Source of the DNA: Candidatus Parcubacteria bacterium
Lineage (GTDB): Bacteria; Patescibacteriota; Minisyncoccia; JACPXH01
Assembly (NCBI GenBank): GCA_016196625.1
Contig: JACPXH010000007.1
Coordinates: 86,461-150,460, forward strand
DNA: 64,000 bases
Direction: 5' to 3'
The notes below the pieces were generated by a model that searched no databases, had not been told where the DNA came from, and saw nothing but the letters and a program-made list of their open reading frames with translations. This document shows, piece after piece, positions 53,653 through 64,000 of this stretch. The translations under genes were made by a program, and so were the position numbers. Position 1 is the first letter of the stretch; the number at the start of each line of letters is the position of its first letter.

Positions 53653-53973
53653 AGAGGTAGTCGGGCACTAGGTGCCCGAGAAGGCCAAGTGTATCAGCGA
53701 GGCTTACCACTTGTTTGGCGAAAGACGATACCAATACCTTGGCTGCCATTTTATAAAGGTAAAAACTGAAAAAGCCTAAAGGGCCTGTTTTCAGGTTGCC
53801 TTAGTTTTTGTTCTCCTTCGCCGAATACCCCGCCAGCTTGGCCTACTCCTCGTAGTAGCTACGGCTACGCTCGTGTTCCGTAGCGAAGCTACTTCGCAGA
53901 GTAGCAAAGGCTGGACCGCGGGGAGCACCGATGAGTTTCATGCTGCGGATAGCCTCAAGATACGCTGCGGTAG

Positions 53974-56900
53974 CTTTCGCAATCGTCTAACCCCACCACT
54001 ACGTACGCGAGGACCAAAACCTTTTCGCGCCACACGCGCGAGTTCCTGCCCATTCCCAACCTCATCGAGGTTCAGTTAGATTCGTACCGATGGTTCTTGG
54101 CCGAAGGATTGCGTGAACTCTTCGACGAAATTTCGCCCATCAAGGATCACGCCGCCAAAGACTTGGAACTGGCGTTAGTTGATCACTACCTTGATGAACC
54201 CAAATATGACGAAGCCAAAGCTCGGGAACGCGGCGTGTCGTACGAAGCTCCGCTGCGGGCCAAGGCGCGTCTCACCAACAAGCGTACGGGCGAGATCAAA
54301 GAGCAAGAAGTATTTTTGGGAGATTTTCCTCTTATGACCGGACGGGGGACCTTCATCATCAACGGCGTTGAGCGCGTGGTCGTCTCCCAGCTCATCCGTT
54401 CTCCGGGCGTGTTCTTTACCGTTAACTACTGGCGGAGCCGTAAGCTTTTTGGCGCCAAAATTATTCCCAATCGCGGGGCGTGGCTGGAGTTCGAAACCGA
54501 TTTCGACGGCGTCATCTCGGTCAAAATTGATCGCAAGCGCAAAGCGCCAGTCAGCGCTCTGCTGCGTGCTTTCGGGCTCGAGCGAAACGAAGATATTCTC
54601 GCGAAGTTTGCCGCTGTGGACACCGGTGCGCTGTGGGACATTCGGTATGTGGAAACAACGTTGGCGAAAGACACTTCACGTGATCAGGGCGAAGGGTTGA
54701 TCGAAATGTACAAGCGCATTCGGCCGGGGGACCTCGCCACGGTTGATAACGCTAGACAGCTAATTACCTCGATGTTCAGTTTCGAGCGGTATGATCTTGC
54801 GAAGGTTGGACGTTACAAGATGAACCAGCGGCTGGGCCGGAGAGTTCCGCTTGAGGCCGGAGAACGTGTGCTCACCATTGATGACATCGTTGACATTCTG
54901 CGGGAGATTATCCGGCTAAACAATAACCCCCTCGCTGAACAGGACGATATTGATCATTTGGGTAACCGCCGGGTGCGAGTCTTTGGCGAATTGCTGCAAA
55001 ACCGGCTGCGAGTGGGGCTTACCCGTATGGAACGCATAGTGAAAGACCGGATGTCGACCCTCGACATCTATACGCTCACCCCGGCGCAGCTTGTCAATGC
55101 GCGGCCCTTGATGGCCGCCATCAAGGAGTTTTTCACATCGGGGCAGCTTGCACAGTTCATGAACCAGATCAATCCGCTCTCCGAGCTCGAGCATAAGCGC
55201 AGGCTTTCGGCTCTAGGGCCCGGAGGGCTCACTAGAGAGCGGGCTGGGTTCGAAGTCCGAGACGTCCACCCTTCTCACTACGGACGTATTTGCCCCATTC
55301 AGACGCCGGAAGGACCGAATATTGGTTTGGTGGGACAACTTTCCACCTACGCTCAGATTAACTCATTCGGTTTTATTGAAACGCCTTACGCGAAGGTCGC
55401 AGGCGGTCGGGTAACCGCTGAGGTCGCTTACCTCGACGCCTGGGAAGAGCGCAACTTCATCATTGCTCATGCCGGGGTTGAACTCGATAAAGACGGGCGG
55501 ATTGTTCCGGATCGGGTGGAAGCGCGCATCAAGGGCGAGCCGGGCATTGCGCTTCGTTCGGAGGTGCAATTCATCGGCGTTTCGCCCCAGCAGATTATCA
55601 GTGTCGCCACCGCTCTTATTCCTTTCCTTGGGCATGATGACGCAAACCGGGCGCTCATGGGTTCTAACATGCAGCGCCAAGCCGTCTCATGCGTGCGTCC
55701 CCAGTCACCCCTCGTGAGCACCGGCATGGAAGAGCGAGCGGCCCAGGATTCCGGGCAGGTGATGTTAGCTGAAGAAGATGGCGAGGTGGTGGCGGTTGAC
55801 GCTTCATGCGTGGTGGTCCGCTCGAGTAAAGCCGGCGTCAAAGCCAACGCCGAGCGTGTTTATACGCTTCAGACATTCCTGCGCTCGAACGACTTTACCG
55901 CCATCACCCAAAAGCCGGTCGTGGGAAAAGGCGAGCGCGTGCGCCGGGGGGATGTTTTGACCGACGGCGCGAGCACGCAGAACGGAGTTCTAGCGTTGGG
56001 GCAGAACGTGCTGGTGGCGTTTCTGTCATGGGGCGGAGCGAACTTTGAAGACGCGATCATTCTTTCGGAGCGACTCGTCAGAGATGACCGGTACACCTCA
56101 ATTCACATCGAGGATTACTCTATAGATGTGCGCGAGACCAAGCTTGGGCCGGAGGTAACCACGCGCGACATTCCGAACGTCGGCGAGGACAGACTTAAAG
56201 ATCTTGACGAAGACGGCATTGTGCGCATTGGGGCGGAGGTGAACGAATCCGACATTCTAGTGGGCAAAATTTCTCCGAAAGGAGAAGCGGACTTGAGTCC
56301 AGAAGAGCGTCTTTTGCGCGCCATCTTCGGTGAGAAGGCGCGGGACGTGAAAGATTCGTCTTTGCGCTTGGCGCATGGCAAGAAGGGGCGGGTGGTGGGG
56401 ATCCGTGTCTTTTCGCGCGATCAAGGCGACCGGCTGCCGTCCGGGGTTATCAAAACGATTCAGGTAGAAGTCGCGCAACTCCGGCCGGTCTCGGCCGGGG
56501 ACAAGCTTGCGGGTCGGCACGGCAACAAAGGCGTCATCTCGAAAATCCTGCCGGTTGAAGACATGCCGTATCTTGAAGACGGTACACCCGTTGATATCAT
56601 TTTGAACCCTTTGGGCGTTGCGAGCCGCATGAACATCGGACAGATTTTGGAAACACACCTCGGCTGGGCTGCGGACCGGCTGGGATACCGGGCGATCACG
56701 CCTTCTCTGGCGGGCGCAACCGAAGCAGATATCAAGGCCGAACTTGAGAAAGCCGGCTTGCCCGAAGACGGTCAGATGGTGCTGCATGACGGCCGAACCG
56801 GCGAGGCCTTCGGCCAGAGGGTAACCGTCGGGCAGATTTATATGATGAAGCTCATCCACCTGGTGGAAGACAAGATTCATATGCGCTCCATCGGCCCGTA

Positions 56901-57222
56901 TTCGCTGATCACTCAGCAGCCGCTGGGCGGCAAGGCCCAATTTGGCGGCCAGCGTTTCGGCGAGATGGAGGTGTGGGCGCTGGAGGGGTACGGTGCTGCG
57001 CACACTCTCCAGGAGATGATCACGATCAAGTCTGACGACGTGCTTGGCCGTTCAGCCGCGTACGATGCCATCATCCGAGGTGAAAGAATAAAGAGCCCCA
57101 ACATTCCCGCTTCATTCCACGTGCTCACCTCCGAACTTAAGTCCTTGGGGCTGTCCGTTGAACTTATGGGGCAGTCTGTCGAATCCCCGCCCCCAGACGA
57201 ACACACCGAGGTAACGTCCTAA
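53974..57222 (+). CDS. rpoB: DNA-directed RNA polymerase subunit beta; no canonical start codon in-frame upstream of conserved N-terminus
   Basis: ...[36 protein letters not shown]... open from 53974 (after TAG at 53971) with no ATG/GTG/TTG until TTG at 54097. Confidence 0.9.
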   Translation, partial: LSQSSNPTTTYARTKTFSRHTREFLPIPNLIEVQLDSYRWFLAEGLRELFDEISPIKDHAAKDLELALVDHYLDEPKYDEAKARERGVSYEAPLRAKARLTNKRTGEIKEQEVFLGDFPLMTGRGTFIINGVERVVVSQLIRSPGVFFTVNYWRSRKLFGAKIIPNRGAWLEFETDFDGVISVKIDRKRKAPVSALLRAFGLERNEDILAKFAAVDTGALWDIRYVETTLAKDTSRDQGEGLIEMYKRIRPGDLATVDNARQLITSMFSFERYDLAKVGRYKMNQRLGRRVPLEAGERVLTIDDIVDILREIIRLNNNPLAEQDDIDHLGNRRVRVFGELLQNRLRVGLTRMERIVKDRMSTLDIYTLTPAQLVNARPLMAAIKEFFTSGQLAQFMNQINPLSELEHKRRLSALGPGGLTRERAGFEVRDVHPSHYGRICPIQTPEGPNIGLVGQLSTYAQINSFGFIETPYAKVAGGRVTAEVAYLDAWEERNFIIAHAGVELDKDGRIVPDRVEARIKGEPGIALRSEVQFIGVSPQQIISVATALIPFLGHDDANRALMGSNMQRQAVSCVRPQSPLVSTGMEERAAQDSGQVMLAEEDGEVVAVDASCVVVRSSKAGVKANAERVYTLQTFLRSNDFTAITQKPVVGKGERVRRGDVLTDGASTQNGVLALGQNVLVAFLSWGGANFEDAIILSERLVRDDRYTSIHIEDYSIDVRETKLGPEVTTRDIPNVGEDRLKDLDEDGIVRIGAEVNESDILVGKISPKGEADLSPEERLLRAIFGEKARDVKDSSLRLAHGKKGRVVGIRVFSRDQGDRLPSGVIKTIQVEVAQLRPVSAGDKLAGRHGNKGVISKILPVEDMPYLEDGTPVDIILNPLGVASRMNIGQILETHLGWAADRLGYRAITPSLAGATEADIKAELEKAGLPEDGQMVLHDGRTGEAFGQRVTVGQIYMMKLIHLVEDKIHMRSIGPYSLITQQPLGGKAQFGGQRFGEMEVWALEGYGAAHTLQEMITIKSDDVLGRSAAYDAIIRGERIKSPNIPASFHVLTSELKSLGLSVELMGQSVESPPPDEHTEVTS

Positions 57223-57234
57223 CCCCCTCGCTTC

Positions 57235-60200
57235 ATGGATACTGATCTTGGCATTACTCGGCTTACTGACTTTTTCGCTATTCGGTTGCGCCTAGCTTCA
57301 CCCGAGGAGATTTTGGCGTGGTCGCATGGCGAGGTCACGAAGCCCGAGACGATCAACTACCGGACCCAGAAGTACGAGAAGGACGGACTTTTTGACGAGC
57401 GCATTTTCGGTCCGGCCAAAGACTGGGAATGTTACTGCGGTAAGTATCGACGCATCCGCTATAAAGGCGTGGTCTGCGACAAGTGCGGCGTTGAGGTTAC
57501 GAGGGCCATTGTCCGGCGCGAACGGATGGGGCATATCAAACTGGCTACGCCGGTTTCGCACGTCTGGTTTCTGCGTGGGGTGCCGAGCCGCATCGGATTA
57601 ATCCTTGATCTTACGCTCCCCGATCTCGAAAAGGTCATCTACTTTGCCGGCTACATCGTAACGCGCGTGGACGAGGCCGCTCGCGCACAGGCGCTCGAAG
57701 AAGTTGAGCGCGAGTTCAAGATGCGCTCGAAAGCCGAGACCGAGCCGGCCCGGAAAGAAGCCTTGAAGAAGGCCAGAGAGAAAGCCCGAGAAGATTTAAA
57801 GACTTTCGCCAAGTTTCAGATTTTGACCGAGCTCGACTATCAATCGATGTCGCTCAAGTATGGCGAGATTTTTGAGGCAGCCACCGGGGCTGAAGCAATT
57901 CGTCGGCTGCTCGAAGAGGTCAACTTGCACGAATTGATAAAGCAGCTTGAAGTCGAGGTCGGCTCCACCTCGCAAGTCCAGCGCAAGAAGGCCTTGAAGC
58001 GCCTCAAGGTTATTCGCGGCATGATCCGCGCTGGCGTCCGTCCCGAGTGGATGTTTATAACAATGCTGCCGGTGATGCCCCCAGATCTGCGGCCCATGGT
58101 GCAGCTTGATGGTGGCCGGTTTGCGACCTCAGACTTAAACGATCTTTACCGGCGGGTCATCAACCGCAACAACCGTTTGAAGCGCCTCATTGAACTCAAG
58201 GCGCCCGAAGTAATCCAGCGCAATGAAAAGCGCATGCTCCAGGAGGCGGTTGACGCTCTCATAGATAATTCGGCCCGGCGCGGACAGGGACCAGTTGCCG
58301 CCACCATCGGTCAGAAGCGCCCGCTCCGATCTCTCGCTGACATGCTCCGTGGCAAGCAAGGGCGCTTCCGACAAAATCTGCTCGGTAAACGCGTGGACTA
58401 TTCGGGCCGCTCGGTGATTGTGGTTGGGCCAGAGCTCAAACTCCACGAGTGCGGCCTGCCCAAGAAGATGGCCCTTGAACTCTTCAAGCCTTTCGTGATC
58501 CGGGAGTTGGTAAGGCGTGAGATCGTTCACAACATCCGGGGTGCTGGACGCATGCTGGAAGATGCGCCCGATGTGGTCTGGGCCATCCTGGAAGAGGTGA
58601 TCGAGAACCGTTATGTTCTCTTGAACCGAGCCCCGACATTGCACCGTTTGGGCATTCAAGCTTTCAAACCAGTCCTCATCGAGGGGCTTGCGATTCGAGT
58701 TCACCCCATGGTCTGTACGGCCTTTAACGCCGATTTTGACGGCGATCAGATGGCCGTGCACGTGCCTTTGACCGACGAGGCCCAGCGCGAGGCGCGAGAA
58801 CTCATGCTTTCAAGCTGCAACCTCTTGAAGCCGGCGACGGGAGAAGCCATCACCGTGCCCACGCAAGATATCGTGTTGGGGTGTTATTGGCTTACTAAAA
58901 TAAAAGAAGGCGCGAGCGGGGAGGGCGCGATTTTTGCGAGTCCGGAGGAGGCGATTATGGCCCACGACGTCGGTGCCGTAGACATCAAAGCGAAAATCAA
59001 AGTTCGGCTTCCCGACACGTGGCTGGCCGCAGGAGAAAAGAGCTTTTCTGCGCTAGAAAAACCGGCCAGGAAAGGCAAGGGTGCGCTACCACCGCCCAGT
59101 TACACCACCGTGGAGACCTCGGTGGGCCGCATTCTTTTCAATGAAGTCCTGCCGCCCTTCTTTCCGTTTGTGAACCGTGAGATGTCGAAAAAGGCGCTGG
59201 GGACTCTCGTGGGCGAAATCATTGAGCACTACGGAGCCGAGAAGGCTGAAACCATCTTGGATAACGTCAAGAAACTTGGTTTTGCCTACGCCACCCGATC
59301 CGGCATATCTTGGGGCATGGACGACTTGATAGTGCCGCCCATGAAAGCGGAGCTCGTCAAGTCTGCCCAAGAGGAGGTGAGCACCATCGCGAAACAGTAC
59401 GACAAGGGTTTGCTTACCGATGATGAGCGCCGGTCTCTGTCGCTTGAGGTTTGGCATCGGCTCAAGACCCAGATTGCCAAGCTCGTGCCGCAGTCCATTG
59501 ATCATCACGGTTCGGTCTTCTCGATCATTGACTCGGGCGCTCGTGGTTCGTGGGCTCAACCCGTGCAGATGATGGGCATGAAAGGCATTGTTGCCAACCC
59601 CGCGGGCCAAGAAATTGAAGTGCCGATACTCGCTTCCTTCAAGGAAGGGTTTAACGTGCTTGAGTATTTCATCTCGACCCACGGTGCGCGCAAGGGCTCG
59701 GCCGACACTGCTTTGCGAACGGCGACCGCAGGCTACCTTACCCGACGGCTCGTGGACGTCGCCCAGGACGTCGTGATTCGCGAGGTTGACTGCGGGGATC
59801 GAGATGGAATTGAGCTTGTCCGCGCCGACTCGGACGAGCTTGGCCAAACATTCTCTTCGCGCGTGTTCGGTCGGGTGGTCCTTGCAGAGACTAAAGACCC
59901 AGTTAGCGCTGAGCTGTTGGTTAAGGCCGGTGACTTGGTGAACCGCACGGCCGCCAAGCGCATTGAGCATGCTCAGGTCAAGACAGTTCGGGTGCGCTCG
60001 GCCATTACCTGCCGCGCCAAGCACGGCTTGTGCCAGCTGTGCTACGGGTATGATCTCGGGCACAACGATTTAGTTAGGACCGGCGAAGCAGTGGGGATTG
60101 TGGCCGCTCAGGCCATTGGCGAACCCGGAACGCAACTGACCATGCGGACGTTTCATATTGGTGGTGCAGCGGGGTTGGGCGACATTACGCAGGGCTTGCC

Positions 60201-60948
60201 TCGGGTGGAAGAAATTTTTGAGGTGCGTCCGCCCCGCGGCAAGGCGGTGATTTCTGAATTTGCAGGCACGGTGGAAGAAATTATCGAGAAAGGCAACCAA
60301 AGGCTGGTTACGGTCCGCGGCGACCAGGGCAGCCAGGCTTACACGCTTCCGCCGCGTACTCCGGCTTGGGTGGCGGCGGGAGATTTGGTGGGGGCCGGGA
60401 CGCAATTGTGCGAAGGACACGTGGATCTTAAGGATTTGATGCGGGTTACCGGCCCTGCGGCCGTGCAGCGCTACATCGTTAGAGAGGTTCAGCGCATCTA
60501 CACCACCGAGGGCGCGGCGATCAACGACAAGCACATCGAAATCATCGTGCGCCAAATGTTCTCGCGCGTACGCGTGGCGGATGCAGGGGAGACCAACTTG
60601 ACGTCGGGTGAGGTGGTGGAGAAGTTGCGGCTCGATTTGGAGAACGAGGAAGTTGAAGCGAAGGGTCAACAGCCAGCGACGGCGAGTCCGGTACTGTTGG
60701 GTATCACGAAAGTCTCTCTCACCACCGACAGTTTCCTCTCCGCGGCGTCATTTCAGGAAACGGCGCGAGTGCTCATATCGGCGGCCATCGAGGGCCGCGA
60801 GGACAAGCTCCGGGGTCTCAAGGAGAACGTGATCATTGGTCGGCTTATTCCCGCTGGCACTGGTTTTCGGGCTACTCGCGGTACGCTTGCGACTGCTGCC
60901 GGTTCGCCGAAACCAGCCGAATCGCGCAAGGTCAAGGTTGCGGCATAG
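57235..60948 (+). CDS. rpoC: DNA-directed RNA polymerase subunit beta'
   Basis: Zn-finger [37 protein letters not shown]. Confidence 0.95.
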   Translation: MDTDLGITRLTDFFAIRLRLASPEEILAWSHGEVTKPETINYRTQKYEKDGLFDERIFGPAKDWECYCGKYRRIRYKGVVCDKCGVEVTRAIVRRERMGHIKLATPVSHVWFLRGVPSRIGLILDLTLPDLEKVIYFAGYIVTRVDEAARAQALEEVEREFKMRSKAETEPARKEALKKAREKAREDLKTFAKFQILTELDYQSMSLKYGEIFEAATGAEAIRRLLEEVNLHELIKQLEVEVGSTSQVQRKKALKRLKVIRGMIRAGVRPEWMFITMLPVMPPDLRPMVQLDGGRFATSDLNDLYRRVINRNNRLKRLIELKAPEVIQRNEKRMLQEAVDALIDNSARRGQGPVAATIGQKRPLRSLADMLRGKQGRFRQNLLGKRVDYSGRSVIVVGPELKLHECGLPKKMALELFKPFVIRELVRREIVHNIRGAGRMLEDAPDVVWAILEEVIENRYVLLNRAPTLHRLGIQAFKPVLIEGLAIRVHPMVCTAFNADFDGDQMAVHVPLTDEAQREARELMLSSCNLLKPATGEAITVPTQDIVLGCYWLTKIKEGASGEGAIFASPEEAIMAHDVGAVDIKAKIKVRLPDTWLAAGEKSFSALEKPARKGKGALPPPSYTTVETSVGRILFNEVLPPFFPFVNREMSKKALGTLVGEIIEHYGAEKAETILDNVKKLGFAYATRSGISWGMDDLIVPPMKAELVKSAQEEVSTIAKQYDKGLLTDDERRSLSLEVWHRLKTQIAKLVPQSIDHHGSVFSIIDSGARGSWAQPVQMMGMKGIVANPAGQEIEVPILASFKEGFNVLEYFISTHGARKGSADTALRTATAGYLTRRLVDVAQDVVIREVDCGDRDGIELVRADSDELGQTFSSRVFGRVVLAETKDPVSAELLVKAGDLVNRTAAKRIEHAQVKTVRVRSAITCRAKHGLCQLCYGYDLGHNDLVRTGEAVGIVAAQAIGEPGTQLTMRTFHIGGAAGLGDITQGLPRVEEIFEVRPPRGKAVISEFAGTVEEIIEKGNQRLVTVRGDQGSQAYTLPPRTPAWVAAGDLVGAGTQLCEGHVDLKDLMRVTGPAAVQRYIVREVQRIYTTEGAAINDKHIEIIVRQMFSRVRVADAGETNLTSGEVVEKLRLDLENEEVEAKGQQPATASPVLLGITKVSLTTDSFLSAASFQETARVLISAAIEGREDKLRGLKENVIIGRLIPAGTGFRATRGTLATAAGSPKPAESRKVKVAA

Positions 60949-61023
60949 GCCTCGTTCTTCGCCCGGCGCTTGCTTGTGGTAAGAACCAACGCGCACATAA
61001 TTATCTAAGCCGTAGCACCGGGT

Positions 61024-63135
61024 ATGGCTAAAAACGGCAAAAACGGCAGAGAGCAGATGCGTTTGGATCTACATCCGGAAACACGCCGTTCCATCTGGGC
61101 CATCAGCGCCGGAGTGGTGGCCATCGTCGTTGTGTTAAGCTACGCGGGTTTTGCTGGCAGGGTTGGCTCGCTTGTGGCGGACGGTTTCTTTGCGTTGTTC
61201 GGCCGGGGGTATGTGCTGGTGCCGGTGGCTCTTACTGGCGTGTCGTTGGCCCTTTTCCGTTCGAAGCGCCTAGCCATCGGCCGAGCCCTCTGGTTGGGGG
61301 GTGGCCTTACGGTGTTTGGTCTTTTTGGTTTGTTCGGTTTGGTTGGTCGGGTCTGGGGCGGGCTTTTTGGTAGTTGGATTGCTGGGCCGGTCGCAGCGCT
61401 GCTCGGTACCATAGCGAGCGCGGTTGTTTTTTTAGCATTAGCCGTCATTGGGGCTTTAATGGTTTTAAATAAGCCGCTGCTTAGCATCCGCCGCGCTCTG
61501 GAGATCAATTCTCCGCAGGGGGGGGATGCGCAAACGCAGCCGAGCATGATGCGCCGGCTTTTCCCAGCCCCCAGCTTTACCGTCCGCGAAATTGGTCGAG
61601 ATACTGCGACGCCAAAACCCGCGGCTGCCGCTGAAGCTGTGCTAACCCCGGCGCCGACAGAGATCGATCTGAAAGAAGGCAGGGTCATGGCGGCACCTGT
61701 GCTCAAGAACTATACGCTGCCACCGTTGGACCTTCTGGAGCTCGAGTCTGGGCGGCCCAGCGCCGGCGACATCAAAGCGAACGCCACCATCATCAAAAGG
61801 ACACTTGAGAACTTCGGCATCGAGGTGGAAATGGGCGAAGTCAATGTTGGCCCCACGGTTACGCAGTACACTTTAAAACCGGCTCAGGGGATTAAGCTTT
61901 CGCGTATCTCTGCCCTCCAGAACGATTTAGCACTCGCTTTAGCCGCGCATCCCCTGCGGTTGGAGGCGCCCATTCCGGGGCGTTCCCTCGTGGGCCTCGA
62001 GATCCCCAATCGCTTGGTGTCCATAGTTCGACTTCGCAATCTCATTGAGAATCCAGCTTTTCCGGAAGGGGCAAGCCCGCTTAAGTTTGCTTTGGGGCGG
62101 GACGTTTCTGGGATACCGGTCTATGACGTCCTCTCACGCATGCCGCATCTGCTCATCGCGGGCTCCACCGGCTCTGGCAAATCGGTCTGTATTCACGCGA
62201 TTTTAACAAGCTTTCTCTTCCGGAGCCCGCCGCATCTGCTCCGGTTCATTCTGGTAGATCCCAAGCGCGTGGAGTTAAATCAGTATAAAGGGATTCCGCA
62301 CCTGTTGACTCCAGTCATCACCGAGCCCAAGAAAGCGATCGGGGCTTTGCGCTGGGCAATCTCGGAAATGGAGCGGCGCTACGGGTTGCTTGAAGACGCG
62401 GGCGCGCGCGACGTCCGCAGCTACAACCTGAAAGCGGTGGGCCGTAAGGAAGGCGAGGCCGATCTCCTGCCGTATCTGGTTATCGTGATCGACGAGCTGG
62501 CTGATATCATGGCCGCCTACGGCCGGGAGCTCGAGGGCGCTATTGTGCGCTTGGCGCAGATGGCTCGTGCGGTGGGGATTCACCTCATTATTGCGACACA
62601 GCGCCCGTCAATTGACGTCATCACCGGCCTCATCAAAGCAAACATCACTTCTCGGATTGCATTCCAAGTGGCTTCGCAGGTTGACTCGCGGACCATTCTC
62701 GATATGGCTGGCGCTGAGAAACTTTTGGGCAACGGAGACATGCTTTTTATGTCGGGCGACGCGTCGAAGCCCCGGCGCATTCAAGGCGCGTTCATCTCCG
62801 AAAAAGAAGTGCACCGTGTGGTTGATTATGTCTATAAGGCCTCCGAGAAAATTGCCGAGCTGCCCACACCAGAGGCTAAAGAGGTATTTGCTCCACGGTC
62901 GTCGGCAGGCGGCGGAGTGTTCGGCGGTGAGGGAGGAGACGTGGATGACACGCTCTATGAGGAGGCCAAAGAGCTCGTGGTGCAGGCCGGGAAAGCTTCG
63001 GCCTCGCTCCTGCAAAGACGGCTCCGGGTGGGCTATGCCCGGGCTGCGCGACTCTTGGACATCATGGAAGAGCGGGGCGTGGTGGGTCCGGCTGACGGGG
63101 CCAAACCCCGTGAGGTGATGGTGCGTAAGGTGTGA
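61024..63135 (+). CDS. ftsK: DNA translocase FtsK/SpoIIIE
   Basis: 4-5 N-terminal TM, Walker A GSTGSGKS, VIVIDELADIM, C-terminal gamma winged-helix. Confidence 0.9.
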   Translation: MAKNGKNGREQMRLDLHPETRRSIWAISAGVVAIVVVLSYAGFAGRVGSLVADGFFALFGRGYVLVPVALTGVSLALFRSKRLAIGRALWLGGGLTVFGLFGLFGLVGRVWGGLFGSWIAGPVAALLGTIASAVVFLALAVIGALMVLNKPLLSIRRALEINSPQGGDAQTQPSMMRRLFPAPSFTVREIGRDTATPKPAAAAEAVLTPAPTEIDLKEGRVMAAPVLKNYTLPPLDLLELESGRPSAGDIKANATIIKRTLENFGIEVEMGEVNVGPTVTQYTLKPAQGIKLSRISALQNDLALALAAHPLRLEAPIPGRSLVGLEIPNRLVSIVRLRNLIENPAFPEGASPLKFALGRDVSGIPVYDVLSRMPHLLIAGSTGSGKSVCIHAILTSFLFRSPPHLLRFILVDPKRVELNQYKGIPHLLTPVITEPKKAIGALRWAISEMERRYGLLEDAGARDVRSYNLKAVGRKEGEADLLPYLVIVIDELADIMAAYGRELEGAIVRLAQMARAVGIHLIIATQRPSIDVITGLIKANITSRIAFQVASQVDSRTILDMAGAEKLLGNGDMLFMSGDASKPRRIQGAFISEKEVHRVVDYVYKASEKIAELPTPEAKEVFAPRSSAGGGVFGGEGGDVDDTLYEEAKELVVQAGKASASLLQRRLRVGYARAARLLDIMEERGVVGPADGAKPREVMVRKV

Positions 63136-63151
63136 GGCGCCACCTGCGTGG

Positions 63152-63260
63152 CGCCGAACCAGCGGTGCCGGCCGAGCTTGTCCCGAGTGGCATCGAGGGA
63201 CGCGAGGCCGCGTGCACTGCTGCGGGAGTTCCTTTGCCTGCGTGGCGCCGAACCAGCGCC
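63152..63260 (+). repeat. two copies of 21-bp direct repeat ctgcgtggcgccgaaccagcg 85 bp apart, first embedded in hairpin ggcgccac-ctgc-gtggcgcc
   Basis: copies at 63152-63172 and 63240-63260. Confidence 0.6.
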
Positions 63261-63982
63261 GTAGAGAGCTTATCGTTGGTCGGTATGCGAGTATGAAAGC
63301 TGCCTCCGATGGAAAATTTGGAGGGAAATTAAGAGGCGCTCCGCAAATAGGAGCGCTTCTTCAAGCTCAACGCAAGGCGCGAGGGTTGGAGCTGCGTGAG
63401 GCGGCGAAGCTGGGTCGGCTTCCGGTCGGCCACCTTGAGGCGCTCGAGAGCGGCACCGAAGCGGGTCTGCCCGCGCCGGTTTACGTTGAAGGCATGCTCC
63501 GGCGGTATGCCCGCGTGGTGGATCTTGATCCCCAGAAACTGGTGGACGCTTTTGGGGAGGAGCGCAGGCGGGTGGGAGAGCTTGCCGGAGAGACGGACCT
63601 AGATGTGTTGCCCACCTTGCCGAGGCAGTTTCGGCTCGTGCTCACGCCGCGGGTAATCACTTTTGTCGCGGCCGTGGCGTTGGCTGTAGCCCTCGGCGGA
63701 TATCTATGGTATCAGGTGAGCGGCCTGATTGAAGGTCCGAAACTGATATTGGAGAGTCCGGCAGCCGATATTGCTACCGCCGAACAGACGCTCCACTTCA
63801 CTGGCGAGACCGAGGCGGATGCTCGCTTGACGGTGAATGCGCGCGAGGTTTATGTTGATGACGCTGGCCGATTTGGACTCAACCTTGATTTCAATCCGGG
63901 CTTGCAGACTATTGAATTTAAGGCCACGAATCGTTTCGGTCGGTCAACCACCATCATCAGGCGTATTTTCAAGCGACCCTAA
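63212..63982 (+). CDS. RodZ-like protein: XRE-type HTH, one TM, C-terminal beta domain (start may be 63293)
   Basis: IGALLQAQRKARGLELREAAKLGRLPVGHLEALESG; TM VITFVAAVALAVALGGYLWY. Confidence 0.55.
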   Translation: MHCCGSSFACVAPNQRRRELIVGRYASMKAASDGKFGGKLRGAPQIGALLQAQRKARGLELREAAKLGRLPVGHLEALESGTEAGLPAPVYVEGMLRRYARVVDLDPQKLVDAFGEERRRVGELAGETDLDVLPTLPRQFRLVLTPRVITFVAAVALAVALGGYLWYQVSGLIEGPKLILESPAADIATAEQTLHFTGETEADARLTVNAREVYVDDAGRFGLNLDFNPGLQTIEFKATNRFGRSTTIIRRIFKRP

Positions 63983-64000
63983 TATCTCATGGCGAAAATA

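Noticed and set aside
53873-54079. 68-aa ORF upstream of rpoB in another frame as an independent gene
   Set aside because: It overlaps the conserved RpoB N-terminal coding region in a different frame. It is more likely the product of the rpoB 5' frame problem than a real gene.

Overview
This is a GC-rich (~58-60%) bacterial chromosomal segment with the split-gene hallmarks reported for CPR/Patescibacteria. It holds a 5'-truncated gyrB carrying at least three inteins and a dnaE with one intein. The rRNA locus is extraordinary: 16S (3 group I introns) is followed by tRNA-Ile and ~7.7 kb of protein-coding genes that include tRNA-Ala, then a 23S with its own consensus promoter (7 group I introns), then 5S; four of the ten introns encode LAGLIDADG homing endonucleases. 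Housekeeping genes make up the rest: secE-nusG-rplK, a dcd-dcd/dut-thyX deoxypyrimidine operon, gatB, miaA, thrS, rnhB, a DUF433/PIN toxin-antitoxin pair, rpmF-nusB-rnc-rpsP-KH-trmD, ftsW, rpoB-rpoC, ftsK and a rodZ-like gene. The most unusual signals are: (i) a ~133-bp element with ~20-bp terminal inverted repeats, covarying internal hairpins and a 'tcttg' flanking duplication, sitting exactly on the -35 box of the rRNA and rpoBC promoters; (ii) a palindromic AT-rich repeat family found both in intergenic DNA around nusB/rnc and five times inside 23S rRNA; and (iii) group I introns inside the 23S sarcin-ricin loop and at the peptidyl-transferase centre. All calls rest on reading the sequence by eye; no database searches were run.
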